The notes below the pieces were generated by a model. It saw only the letters and a program-made list of their open reading frames with translations. It had not been told where the DNA came from and did no database searches. From assembly GCF_023734095.1 (NCBI RefSeq), contig NZ_AP024620.1:3259570-3283569 (forward strand): a stretch of 24,000 nucleotides of DNA. Direction: 5' to 3'. Shown one piece after another: positions 1 to 14,252 of the stretch (position 1 is its first letter; every line of letters starts with the position of its first letter). Made by a program: the position numbers and the translations under genes. This stretch comes from Moorella sp. Hama-1. GTDB lineage: Bacteria; Bacillota; DSM-521; Neomoorellales; Neomoorellaceae.

Positions 1-2035
1 TGGGCACCTCGTCATAATGGTCAAACTGCATGACATAGGTGCCGCGACCCTGGGTTCGTGACCGCAGGTCAGTGGCATAGCCGAACATCTCGGCCAGGGG
101 TACCTGGGCGCGAATGATCTGGGCCCCGGCCCGGGGTTCTATGCCCTCTACCCGGCCCCGGCGGGAATTCAGGTCGCCGATGACGTCGCCCATATACTCA
201 TCGGGCACGACGACCTCGACCTTCATTACCGGTTCCAGCAGGACTGGCTGCGCCTTCCGGGCGGCATCCTTGAAGGCCAGGGAACCGGCGATCTTAAAGG
301 CCATTTCCGAGGAGTCAACCTCGTGGTAGGAGCCATCGACCAGGGTCGCCTGGATATCTACCACCGGGTAGCCCGCCAGGACACCGTTGGCCATGGCTTC
401 CTGAATGCCGGCGTCGACTGCCGGGATGTATTCCTTGGGAATGACACCGCCGACAATCTTATTAACAAATTCGTAACCCTGGCCGGGTTCCTGGGGCTCG
501 ATCTCAATGACCACATGGCCGTACTGGCCGTGGCCGCCGGTCTGGCGAATGAACTTGCCCTCTGCTTTAACAGGCCGGCGCACAGTCTCTTTGTAAGCCA
601 CCTGGGGCCGCCCGACCTTGGCGCCGACTTTAAACTCCCGCAGGAGGCGGTCGACGATAATTTCCAGGTGCAGTTCACCCATGCCGGCGATAATGGTCTG
701 GCCGGTTTCCGGGTCAGTATGCATCCTGAAGGTCGGATCTTCTTCCGCCAATCTTTGCAGGGCGATGCTCATCTTCTCCTGGTCGGCCTTGGTTTTGGGC
801 TCAATGGCCACGTCAATAACCGGTTCCGGAAATTCCATAGCTTCCAGGACAATGGGATGCTGCTCATCACACAGGGTATCCCCGGTGGTCGTTTCTTTCA
901 AGCCCACGGCGGCGGCAATATCACCGGCATAGGCTTCTTCAACCTCTTCCCGGTGGTTGGCGTGCATGCGCAAGATCCGGCCGACCCGTTCCCGGCGCCC
1001 TTTGGTAGAGTTATAAACGTAAGAACCGGACTTCAACGTCCCGGAGTATACCCGGAAAAAGGTTAATTTACCCACATAGGGGTCGGCCATGATCTTAAAG
1101 GCCAGGGCGGCAAAGGGTTCCTTATCGCTGGAATGGCGCTCGTCCTCGGTGCCGGTTTCCGGATCGACGCCCTGGATGGCCGGGACATCGGTAGGGGCCG
1201 GGAGAAAGTCGACAATGGCATCCAACAGGGGCTGCACGCCTTTGTTTTTAAACGATGAACCGCAGAGAACCGGTACCATCTTGACGGCTATAGTTGCCTT
1301 GCGAATCCCGGTTTTAATCTCCTCCGGCGTCAGTTCCTCGCCTTCCAGGTATTTTAGCATTAGTTCTTCGTCACTCTCGGCGACGGCTTCTAGGAGCTTT
1401 TCCCGGTATTCCTGCACCTGGTCCTGCATGGCGGCAGGAATGGGTTCCTCATCGATGGTGGTCCCCAGATCGTCTGTGTAATAAATGGCCCTCAGGTTAA
1501 TTAAGTCAACTAACCCCTGAAAATTATCCTCAGCGCCGATGGGTAACTGCACAGGTACCGGATTGGCTCCCAGGCGTTCGGCGATCATCTGCACGCCCCG
1601 GAAGAAATCGGCGCCGACGCGATCCATTTTGTTAATGTAAGCAATCCTGGGCACGCCGTACTTGTCGGCCTGGCGCCAGACGGTTTCTGACTGGGGTTCT
1701 ACCCCGCCAACGGAACAGAAAACGGCTACGGCTCCGTCCAGGACCCGCAGGGAGCGTTCCACTTCGACGGTGAAATCCACGTGGCCAGGCGTGTCGATAA
1801 TGTTAATCCGGTGATCCCGCCAGAAGCAGGTGGTTGCCGCTGAGGTGATGGTGATCCCGCGTTCCTGTTCCTGAACCATCCAGTCCATGGTAGCATTACC
1901 ATCATGGACCTCGCCCATACGGTGTACACGGCCGGTATAAAAAAGTATCCGCTCGGTGGTAGTAGTCTTACCGGCATCAATATGGGCCATGATGCCGATG
2001 TTCCGCGTTTTTTCCAGTGGGTATTCTCGAGCCAT
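1..2035 (-). CDS. fusA: Elongation factor G (3' end beyond window)
   Basis: Reverse strand from ATG at 2035 reads [23 protein letters not shown], the EF-G N-terminus with the G1 region; located downstream of rpsG; runs off the left edge so it is absent from the ORF track. Confidence 0.97.
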   Translation of the reverse strand, partial: MAREYPLEKTRNIGIMAHIDAGKTTTTERILFYTGRVHRMGEVHDGNATMDWMVQEQERGITITSAATTCFWRDHRINIIDTPGHVDFTVEVERSLRVLDGAVAVFCSVGGVEPQSETVWRQADKYGVPRIAYINKMDRVGADFFRGVQMIAERLGANPVPVQLPIGAEDNFQGLVDLINLRAIYYTDDLGTTIDEEPIPAAMQDQVQEYREKLLEAVAESDEELMLKYLEGEELTPEEIKTGIRKATIAVKMVPVLCGSSFKNKGVQPLLDAIVDFLPAPTDVPAIQGVDPETGTEDERHSSDKEPFAALAFKIMADPYVGKLTFFRVYSGTLKSGSYVYNSTKGRRERVGRILRMHANHREEVEEAYAGDIAAAVGLKETTTGDTLCDEQHPIVLEAMEFPEPVIDVAIEPKTKADQEKMSIALQRLAEEDPTFRMHTDPETGQTIIAGMGELHLEIIVDRLLREFKVGAKVGRPQVAYKETVRRPVKAEGKFIRQTGGHGQYGHVVIEIEPQEPGQGYEFVNKIVGGVIPKEYIPAVDAGIQEAMANGVLAGYPVVDIQATLVDGSYHEVDSSEMAFKIAGSLAFKDAARKAQPVLLEPVMKVEVVVPDEYMGDVIGDLNSRRGRVEGIEPRAGAQIIRAQVPLAEMFGYATDLRSRTQGRGTYVMQFDHYDEVP

Positions 2036-2124
2036 GGTTTCATCCCTTCTGTTAATCAGGTTGCCGGTCACCGGTGGTCACCCTGTGGCGAGCCCCCGGT
2101 CCCCCGGGCCCCTGACCCCCACGC

Positions 2125-2595
2125 CTACCACCGGTAATGAGCAAAGGCCTTATTGGCTTCTGCCATTTTATGGGTATCTTCCCGTTTCTTTACGGCACCG
2201 CCGGCATTATTGGCGGCATCCATTAATTCGGCAGCCAGTTTTTCCTGCATGCTCTTGCCGCTCCGGGCGCGGGCGTAATTGACCAGCCAGCGCAGGCCCA
2301 GGGTCTGGCGGCGTTCCGGCCGCACCTCTATGGGCACCTGGTAGTTGGCGCCACCCACCCGGCGGGCCTTAACCTCCAGGACCGGCATGACATTTTTTAA
2401 AGCCTGTTCAAAAACCTCTACCGGATCTTTGCCGGTTTTGCTTTTGATGGTGTCAAAGGCCTGATAGCAAATCTCCTGGGCCGTTGACTTTTTGCCGTCC
2501 AGCATGATCTGGTTAATCAGCTTGGCAACTTTGGTATTCCCGTACAGCGGGTCCGGTAAAACGGCCCGTCGGGGAACTCTGCCGCGACGTGGCAA
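2125..2595 (-). CDS. rpsG: 30S ribosomal protein S7
   Basis: 156 aa, [39 protein letters not shown]; str operon context. Confidence 0.98.
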   Translation of the reverse strand: MPRRGRVPRRAVLPDPLYGNTKVAKLINQIMLDGKKSTAQEICYQAFDTIKSKTGKDPVEVFEQALKNVMPVLEVKARRVGGANYQVPIEVRPERRQTLGLRWLVNYARARSGKSMQEKLAAELMDAANNAGGAVKKREDTHKMAEANKAFAHYRW

Positions 2596-2615
2596 TCTTA
2601 TCCCCCCTTTAACTG

Positions 2616-2990
2616 CTATTTCTTCGGCCGTTTGGCCCCGTATTTGGAGCGGCCCTGGTTACGATTCTGCACCCCGGCAGAATCCAGGGTACCCCGTACG
2701 ATATGATAACGGACACCTGGCAGGTCCTTGACCCGGCCGCCCCTTACCAGGACTACCGAGTGTTCCTGCAGGTTATGCCCAATGCCGGGGATATAGGCGG
2801 TTACTTCAATGCCATTGGTCAAGCGGACCCGGGCGACCTTACGCAGGGCAGAATTCGGTTTCTTGGGGGTAGTGGTATAAACACGGGTACATACACCGCG
2901 TTTCTGGGGCGATTCCTTGAGGGCCGGGGCCGTTGACTTGACCGTGACTTTTTCCCTCGCCTGCCGCACCAGTTGCTGTATTGTCGGCAT
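2616..2990 (-). CDS. rpsL: 30S ribosomal protein S12
   Basis: [15 protein letters not shown]...[18 protein letters not shown]; start set at 2990 (GGAGGTGGAAGGG directly upstream) rather than the ORF-track start 3053. Confidence 0.97.
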   Translation of the reverse strand: MPTIQQLVRQAREKVTVKSTAPALKESPQKRGVCTRVYTTTPKKPNSALRKVARVRLTNGIEVTAYIPGIGHNLQEHSVVLVRGGRVKDLPGVRYHIVRGTLDSAGVQNRNQGRSKYGAKRPKK

Positions 2991-3012
2991 CCCTTCCACC
3001 TCCTTCCCCGGT

Positions 3013-3264
3013 TTACTCTTCCAGAATAGCGGCTGAGGCAGAGCCGACTTCAATGGCGCAGGCCTGCCCCAGCTCTTTCATAGAATCTACTTCGACTACT
3101 TCCACACCCCGTTCACGGCAAAGCTGGTAGAGCGGCCTGGTTACATGACCCTCGGCATCCCGGGCGATATAAACCACCCGGGCCTTTCCCTGGCTGACAG
3201 CCTTAGTTACCTGTTTGGTACCCACGGCCCGCTTTTTAGCTGTCCGCAAACGTTCGTAGGGCAT
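3013..3264 (-). CDS. rplGB: L7Ae/L30e/S12e/Gadd45-family ribosomal-like protein (YbxF type)
   Basis: 83 aa between rpoC and rpsL, the usual Firmicutes position; internal [53 protein letters not shown]. Confidence 0.88.
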   Translation of the reverse strand: MPYERLRTAKKRAVGTKQVTKAVSQGKARVVYIARDAEGHVTRPLYQLCRERGVEVVEVDSMKELGQACAIEVGSASAAILEE

Positions 3265-3302
3265 AAATCAACCCCCCAGGGCAGTCACACTAATAGATAT
3301 TA

Positions 3303-6797
<3,495 letters not shown>

Positions 6798-6823
6798 GGA
6801 ACCAGCCCCCTTAAAGACCAGGA

Positions 6824-9800
6824 TTATTCGTCATCACCATAATCATCGTCCGGTACGGCCCGGTCATCGCCTACACCGACATCCAGTTCCAATTCTGCAG
6901 GATCTAAATCGGAGGGATCGAAGTCCAGGTCCTCATCCCTCTCCTCCTCGTTCTCGCCCTCGCTTTCAGGTACCGTCTCTGGCTGACCGTGGACATCCAG
7001 TCCCAGTTCATGGGCGGACTCGCCGACGTCGTCGTCGTCTTCTTTAATCTCGATCTCCTCATTCTCCTCGGAGAGAACCTTGACGTCCAGCCCCAGGCTC
7101 TGGAGTTCCTTAATCAGGACCTTGAAGGATTCCGGAACGCCGGGTTCGGGGACATTCTCCCCTTTGACAATGGCCTCGTAGGTCTTCACCCGGCCGACGA
7201 CGTCGTCCGATTTTACCGTCAAGATCTCCTGGAGGGTATAGGCGGCGCCGTAGGCCATCAGCGCCCAGACCTCCATTTCCCCGAAACGCTGGCCACCAAA
7301 CTGGGCTTTACCGCCCAGGGGTTGCTGGGTTACCAGGGAGTAGGGCCCGGTAGACCGGGCGTGGATCTTATCGTCCACCAGGTGGGCGAGCTTAAGCATA
7401 TACATGTATCCCACCGTTATCGGCCGGTCAAAGGGTTCTCCTGTACGGCCGTCATAGAGGATTGTCTTACCGTCCTCAGGCAGGCCGGCTTTGCGGAAAG
7501 CCTCTTTAATCTCTTCCTCCGTAGCCCCGTCAAACACCGGTGTGGCCACGGTAATCCCCAAGGCCTTGGCCGCCCGGCCCAGGTGGGTCTCCAAAATCTG
7601 GCCCAGGTTCATCCGCGAGGGGACACCCAAGGGGTTGAGGACAATCTCGATGGGGGTGCCGTCGGGTAGGAAGGGCATATCCTCTTCCGGCAGGATCCGG
7701 GAGATAACACCCTTATTACCGTGCCGTCCTGCCATCTTATCGCCTACTGATATCTTGCGTTTCTGGGCGATATAGACCCGCACCAGTTCATTAACCCCTG
7801 GCGCCAGCTCGTCGCCGTTCTCCCGGGAAAAAACCTTGACATCAACAATGATGCCGGATTCCCCGTGGGGGACCCGCAGGGAGGTATCCCGGACCTCCCG
7901 GGCCTTCTCGCCGAAGATGGCCCGCAGGAGCCGTTCCTCGGCTGTGAGCTCGGTTTCCCCCTTGGGGGTTACTTTGCCCACCAGGATATCGCCGGGTCGC
8001 ACCTCAGCGCCGATGCGGATAATGCCCCGCTCGTCCAGGTCCTTTAGTACGTCTTCGCTGACGTTGGGGATATCGCGGGTGATTTCCTCGGGGCCCAGTT
8101 TAGTGTCCCGGGCGTCACACTCGTATTCCTCGATATGGATGGATGTAAAAACGTCTTCTTTGACCAGTTTTTCACTGATCAAGATGGCGTCTTCGTAATT
8201 ATAGCCCTCCCAAGTCATAAAGGCTACCAGGATATTGCGGCCCAGGGCCAGTTCGCCCTGGTCGGTAGAGGGCCCGTCGGCAATAGCTTGGCCGGCGGTT
8301 ACCTGCTCGCCCTTGCGGACAATGGGTTTCTGATTAATGCAGGTGCCCTGGTTAGAACGGATGAACTTCTGCAGGCGGTGGGTCTCCTGCTGGCCCTGAG
8401 CACTGCGGATAACGATCTCGCGGCCGGTAACCCTTTCAACGACGCCGTCATTCTTGGCCAGGACCACTGTACCGGAGTCGCGGGCCGCCCGCCACTCCAT
8501 CCCTGTTCCCACCACCGGGGCCTCCGTCCGCAGGAGGGGTACGGCCTGGCGCTGCATGTTGGCGCCCATGAGGGCCCGGTTGGCATCGTCGTGTTCCAGG
8601 AAGGGGATCATGGCTGTGGCCACACTAACCATCTGTTTGGGGGAGACGTCCATATAGTCTACCTGGCCGGCCGGCACTACCAGGATCTCGCCGCCCTGGC
8701 GGGCGTTGACCCTCTTCTCTAAAAAGCGGCCTTCGTCATCCAGGGGGGCATTAGCCTGGGCGATAACATACTTGTCCTCTTCATCAGCAGTCAGGTAATC
8801 CACTTGATCGGTAACAATGCCCTTTTCCTTGTCCACCCGGCGGTAAGGAGTTTCGATAAAGCCAAACTCATTAATCCGGGCGTAGGTACTTAAGGAGCCG
8901 ATCAGGCCGATGTTGGGGCCTTCCGGAGTTTCAATGGGGCACATGCGGCCATAGTGGGAGGTATGCACGTCCCGGACTTCAAAACCGGCCCGCTCCCGGG
9001 AGAGACCACCCGGACCCAGGGCCGACAGCCGGCGCTTATGGGTCAGCTCCGCCAGGGGGTTAGTCTGATCCATAAACTGGGATAGCTGGCTGGACCCGAA
9101 AAACTCTTTAATCGCCGCTACTACCGGCCGAATGTTTATTAAAACCTGGGGGGTAATGACATCAACGTCCTGGATGGTCATCCGCTCCCGCACGACCCGT
9201 TCCATCCGCGCCAGGCCGATGCGGAACTGGTTCTGCAGGAGTTCGCCCACGGAACGCAGGCGCCGGTTGCCCAGATGGTCAATATCGTCGGGTTTAACTT
9301 CGCCGTCCATGAGGCGCAGGAGGTATTTGATGGTATAGATAATATCTTCTTTCGTCAGGGTTCGGATGTATTCTTCCCGGCCGTCGACCTCCTGGGTTAG
9401 AATGCCATGGCCGAGCTTTTTATTCAACTTGTAGCGGCCGACATTGCCCAGGTCGTAACGCCGGGGATCAAAAAACAGGGATTCTAGTAAATTCCTGGCG
9501 CTGTCTACCGTCGGCGGTTCTCCGGGGCGCAGGCGCTTGTAGATTTCTACCAGGGCTTCTTCATCGGATTCGGTGTTGTCTTTTTCCAGGGTGTTCTGGA
9601 TACGCCCGTCGTAATCAAAGAGCTCCAGAATCCGGGCATTGGTGTTATAGCCCAGGGCCCGCAGGAGGATAGTCGCCGGGATCTTCCGGGTGCGGTCAAT
9701 CCGGACGTAGATGCTCTCGGTATTATCCGTTTCAAACTCCAGCCAGGCGCCGCGGTTGGGAATCACCGTCGCCCCGTAAACCCTGGCACCATTGGCATCA

Positions 9801-10243
9801 ATACCCACGGCATAGTAAGCCCCCGGGGAACGAACCAGCTGGCTGACAATAACCCTTTCGGCGCCGTTGATGATGAAGGTGCCTTTATCGGTCATTAAGG
9901 GGAAATCCCCCATAAAGACCTCTTGCTCTTTAACCTCGCCCGTTTCCTTATTAATCAAGCGCACCTTGACCCGCAGGGGGGCAGCGAAGGTCATGTCCCG
10001 CTCTTTACATTCATCTTCTGAGTACTTGGGCTCGCCCAGGGAATAGTCCACAAATTGCAGGATCAGGTTGCCGGTGAAATCCTGGATAGGTGAGATATCC
10101 CGGAAAATTTCCCGCAGGCCGGTGTCAATAAACCACTGGTAGGAGTTACGCTGAATTTCAATGAGGTTAGGTAACTCCAGTGTCTCTTTAATTTTGGCAA
10201 AGGTCCACCGTTCCCTGGTCCCGACCTTGACTGGATAAGCCAA
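6824..10243 (-). CDS. rpoB: DNA-directed RNA polymerase beta subunit (TTG start)
   Basis: 1139 aa; [34 protein letters not shown] cluster; [12 protein letters not shown] motif. Confidence 0.99.
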   Translation of the reverse strand: MAYPVKVGTRERWTFAKIKETLELPNLIEIQRNSYQWFIDTGLREIFRDISPIQDFTGNLILQFVDYSLGEPKYSEDECKERDMTFAAPLRVKVRLINKETGEVKEQEVFMGDFPLMTDKGTFIINGAERVIVSQLVRSPGAYYAVGIDANGARVYGATVIPNRGAWLEFETDNTESIYVRIDRTRKIPATILLRALGYNTNARILELFDYDGRIQNTLEKDNTESDEEALVEIYKRLRPGEPPTVDSARNLLESLFFDPRRYDLGNVGRYKLNKKLGHGILTQEVDGREEYIRTLTKEDIIYTIKYLLRLMDGEVKPDDIDHLGNRRLRSVGELLQNQFRIGLARMERVVRERMTIQDVDVITPQVLINIRPVVAAIKEFFGSSQLSQFMDQTNPLAELTHKRRLSALGPGGLSRERAGFEVRDVHTSHYGRMCPIETPEGPNIGLIGSLSTYARINEFGFIETPYRRVDKEKGIVTDQVDYLTADEEDKYVIAQANAPLDDEGRFLEKRVNARQGGEILVVPAGQVDYMDVSPKQMVSVATAMIPFLEHDDANRALMGANMQRQAVPLLRTEAPVVGTGMEWRAARDSGTVVLAKNDGVVERVTGREIVIRSAQGQQETHRLQKFIRSNQGTCINQKPIVRKGEQVTAGQAIADGPSTDQGELALGRNILVAFMTWEGYNYEDAILISEKLVKEDVFTSIHIEEYECDARDTKLGPEEITRDIPNVSEDVLKDLDERGIIRIGAEVRPGDILVGKVTPKGETELTAEERLLRAIFGEKAREVRDTSLRVPHGESGIIVDVKVFSRENGDELAPGVNELVRVYIAQKRKISVGDKMAGRHGNKGVISRILPEEDMPFLPDGTPIEIVLNPLGVPSRMNLGQILETHLGRAAKALGITVATPVFDGATEEEIKEAFRKAGLPEDGKTILYDGRTGEPFDRPITVGYMYMLKLAHLVDDKIHARSTGPYSLVTQQPLGGKAQFGGQRFGEMEVWALMAYGAAYTLQEILTVKSDDVVGRVKTYEAIVKGENVPEPGVPESFKVLIKELQSLGLDVKVLSEENEEIEIKEDDDDVGESAHELGLDVHGQPETVPESEGENEEERDEDLDFDPSDLDPAELELDVGVGDDRAVPDDDYGDDE

Positions 10244-10380
10244 AGTTCAAGTCCCCCCCACAAGAAATTCAAAAGCAAGGTACTAAAAAACCTCGCTTTT
10301 GTAATCTAGAGTTCCTGTTACCTATTATTTCCGTATAAGGCAGAGCTTAATCCCCCGCCCATAATTAATGGCATTGTAGT

Positions 10381-10409
10381 ATGTTAGCACAAGGGCCGGA
10401 GGATGTCAA
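10381..10409 (-). promoter_or_regulatory. Candidate sigma-A promoter in the rplL-rpoB intergenic region
   Basis: Reverse strand TTGACA (10404-10409), 17 nt spacer, TAACAT (10381-10386). Confidence 0.55.
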
Positions 10410-10421
10410 GAATAATTTTAT

Positions 10422-10454
10422 AAATAAAAGCCAGGGAACCCTGGCTCCCTGGCT
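10422..10454 (-). terminator. Terminator/attenuator-like hairpin between rplL and rpoB
   Basis: Reverse strand AGCCAGGG...CCCTGGCT (10454-10429) followed by TTTATTTAT. Confidence 0.6.
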
Positions 10455-10464
10455 TACGGCTTGG

Positions 10465-10845
10465 TTATTTAATCTCGACGGTGGCCCCGGCTTCTTCCAG
10501 TTTGGCTTTAATACTTTCGGCCTCTTCTTTGCTGACCTTTTCTTTAACCGGCTTGGGGGCTTCGTCAACCAGGGCCTTGGCTTCCTTCAAGCCCAGGGCG
10601 GTAATCTCGCGGACGACCTTGATGACGTTGATCTTCTTATCGCCGGCCGCCTTCAAGATGACATCAAATTCGGTCTGCTCTTCTGCCGGGGCTTCCGCCG
10701 GGGCAGCAGCACCCGGGGCTACGGCCATGGCCACAGGGGCAGCGGCACTGACGCCGAATTCCTCCTCCAGGGCCTTGACCAGCTCGGATAGTTCCAGAAC
10801 CGTCAAGCCTTTGACGGCTTCGATGATCTCCTGCACCTTGCTCAT
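10465..10845 (-). CDS. rplL: 50S ribosomal protein L7/L12
   Basis: 126 aa, [39 protein letters not shown]; start at 10845 with AAAGGAGGAA upstream; the ORF-track extension to 11049 lies in a non-coding repeat. Confidence 0.98.
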   Translation of the reverse strand: MSKVQEIIEAVKGLTVLELSELVKALEEEFGVSAAAPVAMAVAPGAAAPAEAPAEEQTEFDVILKAAGDKKINVIKVVREITALGLKEAKALVDEAPKPVKEKVSKEEAESIKAKLEEAGATVEIK

Positions 10846-10855
10846 AATGGAAATT

Positions 10856-11171
10856 CCTCCTTTGAAAATAGACTTCTGCCAAAAATGGTTACAACTTACA
10901 GCAACCGCTGCGGGGCTGGCGGTACAGGTCTCCAGGCTCCGTGGTTCTCGGCGAGCAAACTTAGCGCTCAGCCTTCCTCGGCGGCGGGGGTGGCTCGGCT
11001 GTATCCCTTTGAATAAACGCAGCGGGGAGCGGAACTCTTCGTTCCTCAACTTACGTTACGATCCCCATCCCGTTCACCGCCGCCTCGGTGCGGCTTCGCT
11101 GAGTTTGCTCTGCGCCTCAAACCAAGTCGCCTTCCGCCTGTACTCGCCAGCCCCTTCCCTCAGCCTACATT
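10856..11171 (-). repeat. Copy A of a ~305-315 bp structured intergenic repeat, between rplJ and rplL
   Basis: Exact 60-nt match (10912-10971 = 22454-22513), further high identity at ~11011-11085 vs ~22550-22629, shared GCCAGCCCCTTCCCTCAGCCT end; internal inverted repeat ggggctggcggtacagg / tactcgccagcccc. Confidence 0.9.
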
Positions 11172-11233
11172 TTCATTGTTCGCTGGCGGGGGCGTCAGCC
11201 CCCATGAGGGGCTCCTTTGAAAATAGCGTTCTA

Positions 11234-11764
11234 CTAAGCGGCTTCTTCTTTTTGTTTGCGGATGGCCTCCAGGGCGTAGACCAGGTTGCGGATGTTCCCG
11301 GCCAGGACGTTGACCAGGCCGGCCAGGGGTGCCTGGAAGCCGCCAACCACCCGTCCAAGGAGCTGTTCGCGGGATGGTAGATCCGCCAGGGCTTTGATGT
11401 CACCGGCGCTGATGACCTTACCCTGCAGGACGCCGGCTTTGATCTGGAAGGTCTTGCTGTTACGCACTACCTCATTCAAAATTTTAGCCGGAGCTACCGG
11501 ATCAGTGGCGCTGAAGGCGATAGCTGTGGGACCCTCCAGGTACGGTTCCAAGCCCTCCAGGCCCAGTTCCCGGGCTGCCCGGGCCGTCAGGGTATTTTTG
11601 ACTACTTTGAATTCCACCCCGGCTTCCCGCAGCTGCCGGCGGAGTTTGGTCATCTCCGCTACATTGAGCCCCCGGTAATCCGCCAGGAGCGAGACTATGG
11701 AGGCGCCCAACTTTTCTTTTATTTCATTGGTAGCTTCTACCTTGGCTGCGCGCTGTTTGTTCAC
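11234..11764 (-). CDS. rplJ: 50S ribosomal protein L10 (GTG start)
   Basis: 176 aa, [59 protein letters not shown]. Confidence 0.97.
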   Translation of the reverse strand: MNKQRAAKVEATNEIKEKLGASIVSLLADYRGLNVAEMTKLRRQLREAGVEFKVVKNTLTARAARELGLEGLEPYLEGPTAIAFSATDPVAPAKILNEVVRNSKTFQIKAGVLQGKVISAGDIKALADLPSREQLLGRVVGGFQAPLAGLVNVLAGNIRNLVYALEAIRKQKEEAA

Positions 11765-11765
11765 G

Positions 11766-11905
11766 TTACCACCTCCTGTCTGCTAAAAAAATTTAAGCCC
11801 CCGCAGACAGGCGAGGGCAATATGCAAGCAACCGTTGGGAACGGTTAACTCCCTTCACCTCGGCAGGCAATTTTAAGCCCCTGGGCACCTGCTGTCTCCG
11901 GTAAA
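11766..11905 (-). promoter_or_regulatory. Ribosomal protein L10 leader
   Basis: Reverse strand ACCGGAGACAGCAGGTGCCCAGGGGCTTAAAATTGCCTGCCGAGG... upstream of rplJ matches the known L10 leader pattern; 3' CCTGTCTGC/GCAGACAGG hairpin adjacent to the SD. Confidence 0.8.
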
Positions 11906-11934
11906 AACGCTATTTAGCTAGGCAGTTTGCCGGC

Positions 11935-12630
11935 TTATTTCACAGCCCGTAAGGGGTTGACATTGATACCCGGCCCCATGGTCATGGCCAGGCTGATACT
12001 CTTTAAATACTGCCCCTTGGCTGCCGCCGGTTTGGCCTTTACCAGGGCCTCCATGAGGACCCGGAAGTTTTCCTTCAATTTATCAGCATCAAAGCTGGCC
12101 TTGCCGATGGGGGCATGGATAATAGCCGTCTTATCGACCCGGAACTCGATTTTACCGGCCTTTACCTCTTTGATAGCCCGGGCCAGGTCCATGGTCACCG
12201 TCCCCGCTTTGGGGTTGGGCATCAGGCCCCGGGGACCCAGGATACGTCCCAGGCGGCCGACCACGCCCATCATATCCGGCGTGGCTATGGCTACATCAAA
12301 ATCCAGCCAGCCGCCCTGGATCTTCTCTACCAGGTCTTCCGCCCCGACAAAGTCGGCCCCGGCCTCCTCGGCCTCCCTGGCCTTGTCCCCCTTGGCAAAA
12401 ACCAGGACGCGCCGGGTCTTACCGGTACCGTGGGGCAGGACCACCGTCCCCCGCACCTGTTGATCGGCATGGCGGGGGTCGACGCCGAGTTTAACCGCTA
12501 CTTCCACCGTCTCATCAAATTTGGCGCTGGCCGTCTTTTTTAAAAGTTCAATGGCCGCATCGAGGTCATAGAGTTCCTGGGGGGATACCAGTTTGCTAAT
12601 TTCCCGGTATCTTTTTCCATGTTTGGGCAC
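11935..12630 (-). CDS. rplA: 50S ribosomal protein L1
   Basis: 231 aa, [34 protein letters not shown]; GTG start with GGAGG. Confidence 0.98.
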   Translation of the reverse strand: MPKHGKRYREISKLVSPQELYDLDAAIELLKKTASAKFDETVEVAVKLGVDPRHADQQVRGTVVLPHGTGKTRRVLVFAKGDKAREAEEAGADFVGAEDLVEKIQGGWLDFDVAIATPDMMGVVGRLGRILGPRGLMPNPKAGTVTMDLARAIKEVKAGKIEFRVDKTAIIHAPIGKASFDADKLKENFRVLMEALVKAKPAAAKGQYLKSISLAMTMGPGINVNPLRAVK

Positions 12631-12682
12631 TTGTTATTCCTCCTTGTGGTGCTAACGGATTGCTCCTCCCACCGGATAATTA

Positions 12683-13108
12683 TTAACCTTCTACTTCCAC
12701 GCCCATGCTCCTAGCAGTACCTTCGATCATGCGCATGGCTGCCTCTACGCTGGCAGCATTGAGGTCCTTCATTTTCAACTCGGCTATCTCCCGGACCTTT
12801 TCCCGGGAAACCTTACCTACCTTTTTCCGGTTGGGCTCGCCGGAAGCCGTCTCAATACCCAGGGCTTTTTTCAGCAGCACAGCAGCCGGCGGCGTTTTGG
12901 TGATGAAGGTAAAGGAACGATCCTCAAAAACGGTAATCTCCACCGGAATAATCAATCCGGCCTGGGCCGCCGTCCGGTCGTTAAATTCCTTAACAAAGGC
13001 CATAATGTTAACCCCGTGCTGGCCCAGGGCCGGGCCTACCGGGGGGGCTGGCGTTGCTTTACCTGCTGGTACCTGCAATTTAACTATCGCTGCTACCTTC
13101 TTGGCCAT
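12683..13108 (-). CDS. rplK: 50S ribosomal protein L11
   Basis: 141 aa, [43 protein letters not shown]. Confidence 0.99.
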   Translation of the reverse strand: MAKKVAAIVKLQVPAGKATPAPPVGPALGQHGVNIMAFVKEFNDRTAAQAGLIIPVEITVFEDRSFTFITKTPPAAVLLKKALGIETASGEPNRKKVGKVSREKVREIAELKMKDLNAASVEAAMRMIEGTARSMGVEVEG

Positions 13109-13125
13109 CTCTAAGCACCTCCCTG

Positions 13126-13653
13126 CTAACCTATTTTTTCAATCTGATTAAAATCCAGCTCAATGGGTGTTTCCCGGCCGAACATGGATACCAGTACCCG
13201 CAGCTTGCCTTTATCAGGCAGAATCTCTTCGATGGAACCAATAAAATTTTCAAAGGGCCCACTGGTCACCCTGATATTTTCGCCCACGGCGACATCAATA
13301 CGCGGCCGCGGTTCCTCGACACCCATCTGCTGTAAAATCTGTTCGACTTCGTTTTCCTGCAGGGGAATGGGTTTGTTTCCCGTACCCACAAAACCGGTGA
13401 CCCCGGGGGTGTTACGTACCACATACCAGGAAGCGTCGGTTAAAACCATTTCCACCATGACATAGCCCGGGTAAACCTTGCGTTTGACTATTTTACGCTT
13501 GCCGTCCTTGATCTGGACTTCATCTTCCATGGGAACGACGATCCGGAAGATCTTATCGCCCATATTCATGGACTCAACGCGTTTTTCCAGGTTGGCCTTG
13601 ACCTTGTTTTCATAGCCGGAATAAGTGTGGATGACGAACCATGCCTTGTCCAT
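13126..13653 (-). CDS. nusG: Transcription termination/antitermination factor NusG
   Basis: 175 aa, [21 protein letters not shown]...[11 protein letters not shown]...[12 protein letters not shown]. Confidence 0.98.
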   Translation of the reverse strand: MDKAWFVIHTYSGYENKVKANLEKRVESMNMGDKIFRIVVPMEDEVQIKDGKRKIVKRKVYPGYVMVEMVLTDASWYVVRNTPGVTGFVGTGNKPIPLQENEVEQILQQMGVEEPRPRIDVAVGENIRVTSGPFENFIGSIEEILPDKGKLRVLVSMFGRETPIELDFNQIEKIG

Positions 13654-13669
13654 TTTTAACCTCGCAGCC

Positions 13670-13903
13670 TTAGCGCAGGATCAATTTACTCAGCAGAAAG
13701 CTGAAGGCTGAGTCAAAAATAGATAATAACACGGCCACAATAAGTACTGCTACCAATACCACCACGGTATAGGTTCCCAGCTCCCGGCGGCTCGGCCAGT
13801 GGACTTTCTTGAGTTCGGCCCAGGAACCCTTGAGGAACCTGGTAACCCGCTCAGAAAAGGCTACTTTGTTGGCGGTCGGTTTAGCCACACTCTTGGTTAC
13901 CAT
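13670..13903 (-). CDS. secE: Preprotein translocase subunit SecE
   Basis: 77 aa, FLKGSWAELKKVHWPSRRELGTYTVVVLVAVLIVAVLLSIFDSAFSFLLSKLI. Confidence 0.95.
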   Translation of the reverse strand: MVTKSVAKPTANKVAFSERVTRFLKGSWAELKKVHWPSRRELGTYTVVVLVAVLIVAVLLSIFDSAFSFLLSKLILR

Positions 13904-13920
13904 TAATGCAAGCTCCTATC

Positions 13921-14070
13921 TTATTTCGTTTCCTTGTGGACAGTATGCCTGCCGCAGAAACTGCAATACTTCTTCAGCTCGATGCGATCGGGGTCATTTT
14001 TTTTATTTTTGCTGCTCATATAATTACGCCGTTTGCACTCGGTACAGGCAAGGGTAATTCCCACCCGCAT
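13921..14070 (-). CDS. rpmG: 50S ribosomal protein L33 (absent from ORF track, 49 aa)
   Basis: Reverse strand [49 protein letters not shown]. Confidence 0.96.
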   Translation of the reverse strand: MRVGITLACTECKRRNYMSSKNKKNDPDRIELKKYCSFCGRHTVHKETK

Positions 14071-14103
14071 GGCCGGCCACCTCCTCCAACAGACACTCAA
14101 GTT

Positions 14104-14132
14104 AATTTAGCATAAATATAAAGCCCTGTCAA
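14104..14132 (-). promoter_or_regulatory. Candidate sigma-A promoter for rpmG-secE-nusG operon
   Basis: Reverse strand TTGACA (14127-14132), 17 nt, TAAATT (14104-14109), 34 nt before the rpmG start. Confidence 0.7.
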
Positions 14133-14252
14133 TGTCTGTTTGTTGACGCATTCGGGCCAGATAGGGCCTGAAGTTATATTCTACGCCTGCGGGGCTCTTT
14201 CCTGCTTGTCCGTCTATATTATTGCCGGCTGCCTGGAAATTAACTCCTGCGA

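Noticed and set aside
2036-2124. Direct repeat GGTCACC-GGT-GGTCACC in the rpsG-fusA spacer
   Set aside because: Too short and isolated to support as a regulatory site without comparative data.
7491-8722. Several plus-strand ORFs antisense to rpoB (e.g. 8135-8722)
   Set aside because: Mirror-frame ORFs of rpoB; no independent RBS or family features seen.
10465-11049. 194-aa ORF giving rplL a 68-aa N-terminal extension
   Set aside because: The extension is translated from the repeat element; L7/L12 begins canonically at MSKVQEI behind a good SD at 10845.
10481-11380. Plus-strand 299-aa ORF antisense to rplL and through repeat A
   Set aside because: First part is the antisense shadow of rplL in GC-rich DNA; only the repeat-derived segment is of interest and is reported separately.
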